A DNA stretch of 39,820 bases from Candidatus Kaiserbacteria bacterium RIFCSPHIGHO2_01_FULL_55_37 (lineage in GTDB: Bacteria > Patescibacteriota > Minisyncoccia > Phycocordibacterales > UBA2100), in NCBI GenBank assembly GCA_001781175.1, contig MFKY01000023.1, forward strand, positions 363-40,182, written 5' to 3'. Below, piece after piece: positions 14,987-22,015 of the stretch (position 1 is the first letter of the stretch; each line of letters starts with the position of its first letter). Below the pieces are notes generated by a model. The model saw nothing but the letters and a program-made list of their open reading frames with translations, made no database searches and was not told the origin of the DNA. A program made the position numbers and the translations under genes.

Positions 14987-15037
14987 ACCAATAGCGTACC
15001 ACACGGGGTGTACTGCTGTCTTTGGTATGTGGAAAAC

Positions 15038-15079
15038 CTACCACGCCAAGTGGGCAAACGCCTTGTTGGCTTCCTCCAT
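15038..15079 (-). pseudogene. Relic copy C of the rpsG 3' end (encodes MEEANKAFAHLAW-stop)
   Basis: CTACCACGCCAAGTGGGCAAACGCCTTGTTGGCTTCCTCCAT matches 16763..16804 at 35/42 positions. It begins exactly at a stop codon. Confidence 0.8.
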
Positions 15080-15114
15080 GCACTACGTTGTTTTTTGAAT
15101 AGAGGGGACATTGG

Positions 15115-15120
15115 TAGTAT
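15115..15120 (+). promoter_or_regulatory. -10-like TAGTAT, 9 nt upstream of ATG 15130
   Basis: Read directly from the sequence. No SD is present. Confidence 0.4.
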
Positions 15121-15129
15121 TGTTTCCAC

Positions 15130-16179
15130 ATGCTCCGTTATTCCGGCGTGATGATACTTGCGTGTCTTGTGCTAGCCGCGGTCGCTTTCTATGAATATCG
15201 CGCCGTGCAGACCCCGCCCTATATGCACGGTGACAAAATCAAGATACTCGAAGCCATACAGTATTGGAAAGACCGTATTTCCGTAGCGGGGCCCGAACGT
15301 GCGCACGACGAGATGGCGCGACAGGGCGAGAACATGGCCGCCTCGCGTCATATACTTGCCCATACATTCGGCGAGGCGCTCTATGCCGTTGGGGGGCTCA
15401 CGGACATTTCTTATTGCGGCGCAGGAGAATATCTTTTTGGCTGCTACCACCAATTTATCGGACTCGCGACGGCACAATATGGTTCTTCCGTGATGAGAAA
15501 GCTCAAGGACGGATGCGAGAATGTAAATTCGCCCCTTAATTGCTCGCACGGCATTGGTCATGGACTGATTTCGACGTACGGGTATTCGATGAAGGGGGTA
15601 CAGAAATCACTTGCGGAGTGTCATTCATTCTATGAGCAACAGATGCAACGCGGCATATGTGCGGATGGTATGTTCATGGAATACAATCTGCAGGAGATTA
15701 CGACTCTGGACCAAAATCGTATCCCCAGGACATTCAGTAGTGAGCATGCACTCGAGCCGTGTTTCTCTATCGGATCAGAATTTAAGGACGAATGTATCTA
15801 TGAGCTTCCGCTCTGGTGGTACGCGGCACTTTCTGCGAGCAGCACGGATGTGCACCTGACGTTTGGCACGATGGGAGACTATTGCCGTAAGATTTCCGAC
15901 ACGCACGGTCAAAACATTTGTTTTATCGGAATTGGTTTTCCTGCCGCCCAGTCTCTTCATTTCGACGTGGAAAAAATCGCAGACGCTTGCCGCGCTACGA
16001 GCAGAACTCCGAAAGACTATATGCTTTGCGCTTCCGGCGCGGCCGAGCGATACGTCGAGAACAGCGTCGCGCATGAAAATATCTGCGGAAGACTAGGACT
16101 TACGGGGAACGAAAAAACGTATTGTGAAAAATTTATAGTGTCGTCAAGGCAAAAGGGGTACGCATTAGAAACGCCGTGA
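15130..16179 (+). CDS. Membrane-anchored Cys/His-rich hypothetical protein (349 aa)
   Basis: N-terminal TM segment VMILACLVLAAVAFY, 15 Cys, and His motifs AHTFGEALY and CSHGIGHGL. It is the only plus-strand gene in this block. No family was recognised. Confidence 0.75.
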   Translation: MLRYSGVMILACLVLAAVAFYEYRAVQTPPYMHGDKIKILEAIQYWKDRISVAGPERAHDEMARQGENMAASRHILAHTFGEALYAVGGLTDISYCGAGEYLFGCYHQFIGLATAQYGSSVMRKLKDGCENVNSPLNCSHGIGHGLISTYGYSMKGVQKSLAECHSFYEQQMQRGICADGMFMEYNLQEITTLDQNRIPRTFSSEHALEPCFSIGSEFKDECIYELPLWWYAALSASSTDVHLTFGTMGDYCRKISDTHGQNICFIGIGFPAAQSLHFDVEKIADACRATSRTPKDYMLCASGAAERYVENSVAHENICGRLGLTGNEKTYCEKFIVSSRQKGYALETP

Positions 16180-16207
16180 GAAAACCGGCGTACTGTCTCA
16201 GTTTGCT

Positions 16208-16249
16208 TTACCACGCGAAGTGGGCGAAGGCCTTGTTGGCTTCGGTCAC
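16208..16249 (-). pseudogene. Relic copy B of the rpsG 3' end (encodes VTEANKAFAHFAW-stop)
   Basis: TTACCACGCGAAGTGGGCGAAGGCCTTGTTGGCTTCGGTCAC matches 16763..16804 at 38/42 positions, and the first 30 nt are identical. It overlaps the NTase stop codon by 4 nt. Confidence 0.85.
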
Positions 16250-16755
16250 ACTAGCCGGACGGCCGAGCGTGCTGTACGTTCCAAAAAGACCCGTGTTTCT
16301 TCGTGATTGCAGATGACATCGGCGAGTGAGCACAGGACGGATGTGTTTGGTATTTTTTCTGTGCGCCAGGTCTCGGGAAAAAGGAAAATATCGAGCATCA
16401 TACCGGACTTGTATTCTGTGGCGAGCTTCTCGATGTCAACGCCGAGCAATTCGGACGCTCGTGCGATTCTGCGATGTTTTCTCCCATGAATACTCATGGT
16501 GTCGAGCCATGCGAGATATGTTTTTATGAAACGTCTAAGGGGCAGCCAGCGTGTGCCCATGCGGACACGCAACTCGTGTCCCATGTCTGTCCACCACTGC
16601 CGCGAAATGTCTTCGTCGACGATAAGGACGAGGTCGGCGTCATTCCCCGAGCCGTCACGTAGCACACTACCGAACAACTCAACGTGGTGTATCGACGGAG
16701 TGGCCGCTGTCAACTTTTGAGCAATTTGTTGCGCATCTTCAAGCGTGACGCGCAT
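16246..16755 (-). CDS. Minimal nucleotidyltransferase (Pol-beta fold, MNT-like) domain protein (169 aa)
   Basis: ORF-track 16246..16884 was trimmed to ATG 16755, because the upstream part overlaps rpsG out of frame. HHVELFGSVLRDGSGNDADLVLIVDED carries the GS...DxD signature. The start is 7 nt after the rpsG stop. Confidence 0.8.
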   Translation of the reverse strand: MRVTLEDAQQIAQKLTAATPSIHHVELFGSVLRDGSGNDADLVLIVDEDISRQWWTDMGHELRVRMGTRWLPLRRFIKTYLAWLDTMSIHGRKHRRIARASELLGVDIEKLATEYKSGMMLDIFLFPETWRTEKIPNTSVLCSLADVICNHEETRVFLERTARSAVRLV

Positions 16756-16762
16756 ACGGGAG

Positions 16763-17224
16763 TTACCACGCGAAGTGGGCGAAGGCCTTGTTCGCTTCTG
16801 CCATCCTATGAGTGGTCTCTTTTTTGGTGACCGCGCTTCCCTCTCCTTTGTGTGCGGCGAGGATTTCGGCGAGCAGAGATTCATGCATCGGCTTACCTTT
16901 CGTACCCTCGGCGGCTTCCACTATCCAGCGCATGCCGAGCGCCATTCTGCGGGCAGGGTTCACCTCGCGGGGCACCTGATAATTGGCACCACCCACGCGG
17001 CGTGAGCGCACTTCCACCGCCGGAGACGCCTTTTCGAGCGCATCTTCAAGGACGGTGACCGGGTCACCCTCTTTCTTCAATTCCTCCATCACCTTGTAGA
17101 CGATTTTGCGGGCGGTGTCTTTCTTGCCGCGTTCCATCACGTAATTGATGAGCTTCGCAACCTTAAAGGAACCGTACACTTCGTCCGGCTGAGGCTGTTT
17201 TCTATTTTTTGTAGGGCGTCGCAT
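16763..17224 (-). CDS. rpsG: 30S ribosomal protein S7
   Basis: 153 aa. VEVRSRRVGGANYQVP and the C-terminus HRMAEANKAFAHFAW are classical S7 sequences. Confidence 0.98.
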   Translation of the reverse strand: MRRPTKNRKQPQPDEVYGSFKVAKLINYVMERGKKDTARKIVYKVMEELKKEGDPVTVLEDALEKASPAVEVRSRRVGGANYQVPREVNPARRMALGMRWIVEAAEGTKGKPMHESLLAEILAAHKGEGSAVTKKETTHRMAEANKAFAHFAW

Positions 17225-17227
17225 ATA

Positions 17228-17644
17228 TTATTTGGCTGCTTTTGGTCTCTTGGCACCGTAGTTCGAACGGCCGCGGCGGCGCTTCTCGACGCCTGTCGCA
17301 TCCAATTTGCCGCGTACTATCGTGTAGCGCACACCGATGTCCTTCACACGTCCACCGCGGATGAGAACGACGGAGTGTTCTTGTAGGGTGTGGCCCTCTC
17401 CCGGAATGTACGCGGTGACTTCCATGCCGTTGGTGAGGCGTACGCGGGCGATTTTACGGATAGCGGAGTTCGGTTTGCGGGGGGTCTTCGTCGTGACACG
17501 GGTGCAGACGCCGCGCTTGAAGGGCGCCGCATAGAAAGAAGGGCGGTTCTGGAGCGTGTTGAAACCGCGCGAAAGCGCGATGGTCTTCGTGCGCCAGGTC
17601 TTTTTGGCCCGGCCTTTGCGTGTAAGTTGATTTATGGTCGACAT
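17228..17644 (-). CDS. rpsL: 30S ribosomal protein S12
   Basis: 138 aa. [35 protein letters not shown] are classical S12 sequences. The stop is 3 nt before the rpsG start. Confidence 0.98.
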   Translation of the reverse strand: MSTINQLTRKGRAKKTWRTKTIALSRGFNTLQNRPSFYAAPFKRGVCTRVTTKTPRKPNSAIRKIARVRLTNGMEVTAYIPGEGHTLQEHSVVLIRGGRVKDIGVRYTIVRGKLDATGVEKRRRGRSNYGAKRPKAAK

Positions 17645-17815
17645 GACAATTAAAAATCCCCGAAGGGAGTTCGAGGAGTGTACCCCATGAGATAAAAAAG
17701 TCCAGTTTTCGAATAGAGCTCTAGGCGTCTTCTTATGTATTTAGCCCCTAAAGCAAGACTGAATAGCTTATCTCACGAGGTGTACTACGCGACCCCTCCC
17801 CTTGCAAGCAAAAGA

Positions 17816-18361
17816 CTACTTTTCTTTGGGCTGTTCATCTACAGGACGGTCGTCGATGACGTAGCTATCCGAGTAAGAGTCACGGTATTCACCGGTCTGG
17901 ACGACAAAATCACCGTCAAGCAACCCTCGAGCAAGAAACAACTGCTTGGCCCCATCAGGATATTTGTACGTGAAAGTGAGCTCTCTGCCAAAGGAAGTCA
18001 CGAGGGCCGAGACCGCTTCGGGCTTGGCGGTTTGGTCGACTTCATACTCCCCTCTAAGTTCGCCGTTCATTCCGAAAATCTTCACGGAACCGGTGAGTTT
18101 ATCGAACGAGATCTGTGATTGATTCTTCTCGAAGATGTCCAAAACACCCTTCTGCACAAACACATCAGGGCTGACAAACTCTCCATCGACCCGTTCCTCG
18201 ATATCCTTAACAAAAGGAATCTCCTGGAGAGTCCTAGGCTGTGTAACGGGTTGACGAACAGCGTCTTTCGCTGCATCTCCAAGCGCCACGGCCAGTGAGG
18301 CCGCGCCGACGTTTCTCATAAAATCCCGACGACCTTGCCGGAATGGATCCTGGTCAATCAT
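17816..18361 (-). CDS. Hypothetical exported protein with twin-arginine (Tat)-type signal peptide (181 aa)
   Basis: MIDQDPFRQGRRDFMRNVGAASLAVALGDAA contains an RRxF motif followed by a hydrophobic region. The mature part matches no family I recognise. Confidence 0.7.
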   Translation of the reverse strand: MIDQDPFRQGRRDFMRNVGAASLAVALGDAAKDAVRQPVTQPRTLQEIPFVKDIEERVDGEFVSPDVFVQKGVLDIFEKNQSQISFDKLTGSVKIFGMNGELRGEYEVDQTAKPEAVSALVTSFGRELTFTYKYPDGAKQLFLARGLLDGDFVVQTGEYRDSYSDSYVIDDRPVDEQPKEK

Positions 18362-18367
18362 GCATCA

Positions 18368-18373
18368 ATACTA
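18368..18373 (-). promoter_or_regulatory. -10-like TAGTAT, 6 nt upstream of ATG 18361
   Basis: Read directly from the sequence. No SD is present. Confidence 0.5.
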
Positions 18374-18405
18374 CAGGACCGTATACGGGGGACAAACCAG
18401 CTTGT

Positions 18406-19029
18406 TCACACCCCCGCAATTGCCTGCGCAATTGAATAGATGAAGGTGCTGAATGCCCCTCCGAGCAAGAACACTATTAGTAGAACGATGCCTATACCCA
18501 TGAACGGGTTCATCTCCATACGCCCCCGCCACTGCTCGTAGCCACTAGACAAAGACCGGGGCAAAAGTGCCGCGAGTACCTTGGAGCCGTCGAGTGGTGG
18601 CACGGGGATGAGGTTGAAGAAGCAGAGCATGACGTTGACGACGACGATGAGAAACACAATGTCGTTTCCCGTAGAGAGAAGCCCGGAGCGGATGATGAGG
18701 CCGCCGATGATGGCGATCACGAGATTGGATGCGGGGCCGGCTCCGGCAACGATAGCCTCAGAGAATCGGCCAGGCCGGAGATTGTACGGATTGTAGGGCA
18801 CCGGCTTCGCCCAGCCAAAGAAGAAAGGCGACTGTGAAAGTGCCAGCAGGATTGGTAGAATGATAGAGCCGAACATGTCGAGGTGCGGAATGGGGTTGAG
18901 CGTAAGGCGCCCGGCATAGCGTGCAGTCGGGTCGCCGAGTTTGTCGGCAGCGACACCGTGCATCACCTCGTGGATGACGGCGGAGAACATGATGATGGCG
19001 ACGAGGAAAAGTGTGTCCATGATTTGCAT
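18406..19029 (-). CDS. Site-2 protease family (peptidase M50) membrane metalloprotease
   Basis: HEVMHG (HExxH) and the NLIPVPPLDGSKV motif. The start is set at ATG 19029 (MQIMDTLF...); 19062 is possible. Confidence 0.85.
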   Translation of the reverse strand: MQIMDTLFLVAIIMFSAVIHEVMHGVAADKLGDPTARYAGRLTLNPIPHLDMFGSIILPILLALSQSPFFFGWAKPVPYNPYNLRPGRFSEAIVAGAGPASNLVIAIIGGLIIRSGLLSTGNDIVFLIVVVNVMLCFFNLIPVPPLDGSKVLAALLPRSLSSGYEQWRGRMEMNPFMGIGIVLLIVFLLGGAFSTFIYSIAQAIAGV

Positions 19030-19062
19030 ATATGCTCCGCCATGGTACCATGCGCGCCACAT

Positions 19063-19305
19063 ATGGCTCGAGTTTGTGACATAACGGGTAAGAAATCGCA
19101 GATGGGCGGCGGGTATTCTAACCGCGTCCGCGCGACCAAATTCAACCCGACGGGCAAACGCCGCCGCCAGGTCAACCTCCAGACGAAGACACTTTTCATC
19201 CCAGAACTCGGCAAGAAAATCACGGTCCGCGTCTCGGCCAAAGGCCTGAAGACCATGCAGAAGCGTGGAGCATTTTTGACCCTCAAGAAAGCAGGTCTCG
19301 TGTAG
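19063..19305 (+). CDS. rpmB: 50S ribosomal protein L28
   Basis: MARVCDITGKK...RVSAKGLKTMQKRG. Trimmed from ORF-track 18883..19305 to ATG 19063. Confidence 0.92.
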   Translation: MARVCDITGKKSQMGGGYSNRVRATKFNPTGKRRRQVNLQTKTLFIPELGKKITVRVSAKGLKTMQKRGAFLTLKKAGLV

Positions 19306-19362
19306 AAGAAGGCCGGTACGACTCGCGTGCCAGCCTCCTTGTCTAGTCTTCCGCCCACATCG

Positions 19363-19773
19363 CTACTTTGGGGGCGGCTTCTTTTTCTTTTTCGTCTTCT
19401 TTGTCACCTTCTCGACAGGAGCAGTGACAGTTGTCGCGCGCTCCGGTCCTTCCGAAAAGAACCGGAGGACAACAACGAAACCTGCCGCGGTCGTAGTAAG
19501 GGCAAGCGGGTTGGCGTAGATTGCAACATAGACGCCAACAAAGCCGAGCCCGCATCCGACTGCGATGAGTAGTGCGTTAACCCATGTGTACCGCCAGCCA
19601 TATCGGAACCAGCCGCACACACCGAGAATGACGACGGCGAGTGCGAACAGGTCGATGACAAGACTGATCGCAAAACCGACCAGTATCGCAACGACAAGTA
19701 CGATAAAGGTCTGCTGCACTGCCCACCACCGCCAATTCTTGTCCAGGCGCGAAGAGAAGAACAGATCTGACAT
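19363..19773 (-). CDS. Hypothetical membrane protein with Lys-rich tail (136 aa)
   Basis: 3-4 hydrophobic helices and the C-terminus KKTKKKKKPPPK. GGGGGA lies 7 nt upstream of the ATG. The gene follows the MBL gene after a 44-nt gap. Confidence 0.6.
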   Translation of the reverse strand: MSDLFFSSRLDKNWRWWAVQQTFIVLVVAILVGFAISLVIDLFALAVVILGVCGWFRYGWRYTWVNALLIAVGCGLGFVGVYVAIYANPLALTTTAAGFVVVLRFFSEGPERATTVTAPVEKVTKKTKKKKKPPPK

Positions 19774-19817
19774 GGCATTCCCCCTGCTGTCTTATGATTT
19801 CATTCTCCGAAGCTATA

Positions 19818-20672
19818 CTACTCACGGACTACGGTTTGTCCATCCGACACAAATGTAACCGTGCCGTCTTTGCAGGTATCAAATGCCGGGATGCCGAATT
19901 GCGCGAAGCGCTCCACGGTCTCTTGCGCGGGGTGGCCGTACTTATTGTCACACCCGCGCGAAAACACCGCATACTCAGGGGCGACGTATCCGAGGAAGAG
20001 GGGCGACGAGGAGGTCTTCGAGCCGTGGTGTCCGGCTTTCAGTACATTTGATTTGAGCGTCGAGGTGCCGAGCGCCACAAGATAATTTTCAATCGAACGC
20101 GGAGCGTCGCATGAGAGCATGAACGCGGTCGCGCCGTAGACGAGCCTCGCGACGACGCAGCCGTCGTTGGTGTCTACGTGCGGCACGGACCTGTCGGGAG
20201 AGAGTATTTGTAGGTACGCCCCTCCGCCTAGGTCAACAATTTGTCCGCGTATAGCGACAACTTCCTGTGCATGCTCATCCGCCATCATGCGGTTAAACGC
20301 GGCAAACGTTTTCGTATCCCCTTCGACGCTCGAGTGAATGACGGTGTCCACTTTATATCGTGCGAGTACGTCGACGAGTCCGCCGATGTGGTCGGCATCC
20401 GGATGTGTCGGGATTACGACGTCTATTGAACGGTCGTACCAAGGCATCACGCGTGAAAGTTCGCGCAGCACGCTGGTACTGGGCCCGCCGTCGATGAGTA
20501 CCTGCCTCCCGCTCGGCGCTTGAATGAAGATAGAATCGCCCTGGCCGATGTTGAGAAATGAGACGGTGAGGGAGCCGCGGTGGTCTTCTCGCATTGCCAC
20601 GTACCAGATGCAAATCGCGGCAAGGAGAAGTACAACTATCGCCACTCCTTTTATCTGCACGCTTTTTTGCAT
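19818..20672 (-). CDS. ComEC/Rec2-type metallo-beta-lactamase domain protein, free-standing with N-terminal TM (284 aa)
   Basis: LNIGQGDSIFIQ, HPDADHIGG, KAGHHGS and KYGHP are the motif set of the C-terminal MBL domain of ComEC. Confidence 0.9.
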   Translation of the reverse strand: MQKSVQIKGVAIVVLLLAAICIWYVAMREDHRGSLTVSFLNIGQGDSIFIQAPSGRQVLIDGGPSTSVLRELSRVMPWYDRSIDVVIPTHPDADHIGGLVDVLARYKVDTVIHSSVEGDTKTFAAFNRMMADEHAQEVVAIRGQIVDLGGGAYLQILSPDRSVPHVDTNDGCVVARLVYGATAFMLSCDAPRSIENYLVALGTSTLKSNVLKAGHHGSKTSSSPLFLGYVAPEYAVFSRGCDNKYGHPAQETVERFAQFGIPAFDTCKDGTVTFVSDGQTVVRE

Positions 20673-20678
20673 TGCATC

Positions 20679-20684
20679 ATTCTA
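20679..20684 (-). promoter_or_regulatory. -10-like TAGAAT, 6 nt upstream of ATG 20672
   Basis: Read directly from the sequence. No SD is present. Confidence 0.5.
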
Positions 20685-20741
20685 CCTTCACATGGGTAAG
20701 TGGTATTATTGTGTTGCTACTAGTAGTTAATTTCTATACCT

Positions 20742-21329
20742 ATGTACGAATCAAAAAAGTTTACTCTCCCCTCTCTCGGCGGCATCTCGGATGAGTCGGT
20801 CAAACAACACATCGGCCTCTACGAAGGCTACGTGAAAAATTTCAATGCGATTTCCACGAAATTAGTCGAGTACGCAAAGGAGGGCACCGAGAAGAACGCG
20901 CTTGCGCTCGGCGAACTGGTCCGTCGCAAATCGTTCGAATTCGACGGCATGCGCTTGCACGAATTGTATTTCGAGCAATTCGAGAACGGCGCAAAGGCAC
21001 TTGATGAAAATTCCGCCCTCGGGAAAGCGTTCGCGACGGAGTACCACGGATATTTCGTCGAATACATGAAGGCTATCGGCAGCATGCGCGGTCCGGGCTG
21101 GGCAATCCTTTACTGGGACCCCGTCGGTAAGCAATTTCAGACCGGCTTTGCCAGCGAGCAGCACCAGGGGCATTTCGTCACTCTCCCCGTCCTCCTCGCG
21201 CTCGACGTGTGGGAACACGCATTTCTCCTCGACTACGGCGCCGCGGGCAAAGGCAAATACATGGACGCATTTTTCAAAAATTTGAATTGGGGTGTCATAG
21301 AGAAGCGGTCCGACGAGGCGCAAAAATAG
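20742..21329 (+). CDS. Fe/Mn-family superoxide dismutase (divergent N-terminal half)
   Basis: VKQH, MRLHELYFEQF and LDVWEHAFLLDY place the His/His/Asp/His ligand pattern in the expected order. 195 aa. Confidence 0.88.
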   Translation: MYESKKFTLPSLGGISDESVKQHIGLYEGYVKNFNAISTKLVEYAKEGTEKNALALGELVRRKSFEFDGMRLHELYFEQFENGAKALDENSALGKAFATEYHGYFVEYMKAIGSMRGPGWAILYWDPVGKQFQTGFASEQHQGHFVTLPVLLALDVWEHAFLLDYGAAGKGKYMDAFFKNLNWGVIEKRSDEAQK

Positions 21330-21362
21330 ACTCCCGGGCAGATTTGTGCCATGTTTCCCGGA

Positions 21363-21381
21363 TACCACGTGCGACGTGGTA
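21363..21381. repeat. Perfect inverted repeat TACCACGT-GCG-ACGTGGTA
   Basis: Read directly from the sequence. It lies between the sod stop (21329) and ATG 21405. Confidence 0.8.
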
Positions 21382-21404
21382 CATGCAAAACGTGAGGTTG
21401 AACA

Positions 21405-21752
21405 ATGTCTGTGCGGAAAGAAAACGATGTGGTCTCATTCCCGCTTCTCGAGTTCGAGGACGGAATGCCTTCCCTGATTCTCGCGGGTGGCCGAAAAGGT
21501 CCCACGAGCGATACGCTCTTGCAGGGCCAGGCAACGCAGCTCCTCATCTTCAAAGTGCGTCGCAACCATGAGAAAAATATCGACGCACTGCGCCAACAGG
21601 CGAAGGCGTTGCGGGCCAACGGCGAGCAAAAGGTCGACATGTTGACCACCGAGACGGAAGAGATGGTCAACGCGGCAATCAAGAAACTCGAGTCCGAACA
21701 GGTCTGCGGCGACGCATCGCCCAATGTTAAAGAAAAGCGGAAACGGGCCTGA
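21405..21752 (+). CDS. Hypothetical charged/helical protein (115 aa)
   Basis: GAGG lies 8 nt upstream and an intrinsic terminator 26 nt downstream. The competing minus-strand ORFs (21233..21772 and 21435..21776) look like frame noise. Confidence 0.5.
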   Translation: MSVRKENDVVSFPLLEFEDGMPSLILAGGRKGPTSDTLLQGQATQLLIFKVRRNHEKNIDALRQQAKALRANGEQKVDMLTTETEEMVNAAIKKLESEQVCGDASPNVKEKRKRA

Positions 21753-21777
21753 ACCCTGAATATCCGCTGCACTCATC

Positions 21778-21806
21778 GGGCCGGCGGCAACGCCGGCTCT
21801 TGTTTG
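21778..21806 (+). terminator. Intrinsic terminator
   Basis: Stem GCCGGCG/CGCCGGC (extendable to 9 bp), loop GCAA, followed by TCTTGTTTGTGTG. Confidence 0.6.
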
Positions 21807-21814
21807 TGTGTGTG

Positions 21815-21969
21815 GAGAAGCCCGCTTGCCCGGTTAGTAGGGACTGGCGAATAATTGCGCCCGCAACGAAGAAAGTTTATGAGAGAAAGTGGAGGAAGTG
21901 AGAAATAACGGTAATCTACTACTCTGTGCTTCGCGCGTCGCCAGTCCACACTGCCGGGCTTGCGTTCTC
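21815..21969. ncRNA. Candidate structured RNA or MITE-like inverted-repeat element (about 155 nt extended hairpin)
   Basis: Co-linear helices: GAGAA(21815)/TTCTC(21969), GCCCGG(21828)/CCGGGC(21954), GGACTGGCG(21841)/CGCCAGTCC(21939), then GCGC, CGAAG/CTTCG, AGAG/CTCT and AGTGGA/TCTACT towards a purine-rich apex. No class was recognised. Confidence 0.3.
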
Positions 21970-22015
21970 ACCCAGCATGGTATCCTTAATACATTAGGAT
22001 AATCATATATACATT

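Larger units (their letters stand above)
15038..16207. mobile_element. Putative inserted cassette 2 (older): Cys/His-rich membrane protein gene plus distal rpsG-3'-end relic
   Basis: Bounded by rpsG-end copies C (15038..15079) and B (16208..16249). It carries a single plus-strand gene and no recombinase. Confidence 0.45.
16208..16762. mobile_element. Putative inserted cassette 1 (younger): nucleotidyltransferase gene plus distal rpsG-3'-end relic
   Basis: Bounded by the functional rpsG end (16763..16804) and relic B (16208..16249). The first 30 nt of the two repeats are identical. Confidence 0.45.

Noticed and set aside
16756-16884. N-terminal 43-aa extension of the NTase ORF as listed in the ORF track (16246..16884)
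   Set aside because: The extension overlaps the rpsG coding end in another frame and adds a basic, non-homologous tail. The internal ATG 16755 starts right at the NTase fold.
21233-21776. Minus-strand ORFs of 179 aa and 113 aa competing with the plus-strand 21405..21752 ORF
   Set aside because: The plus ORF has an SD-like GAGG and a downstream plus-strand terminator. The minus ORFs lack start signals and would run head-on into sod. Confidence in the plus ORF is still only moderate.
21815-21969. Assignment of the structured intergenic element to a metal (yybP-ykoY) or other riboswitch because a membrane protein follows
   Set aside because: The conserved yybP-ykoY cores as I recall them (GGGGAGUAG and the distal UUGACAUA / AGCAAGACC segments) are absent. 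The fold is a single rod and not a four-way junction. It is kept only as an unclassified candidate.
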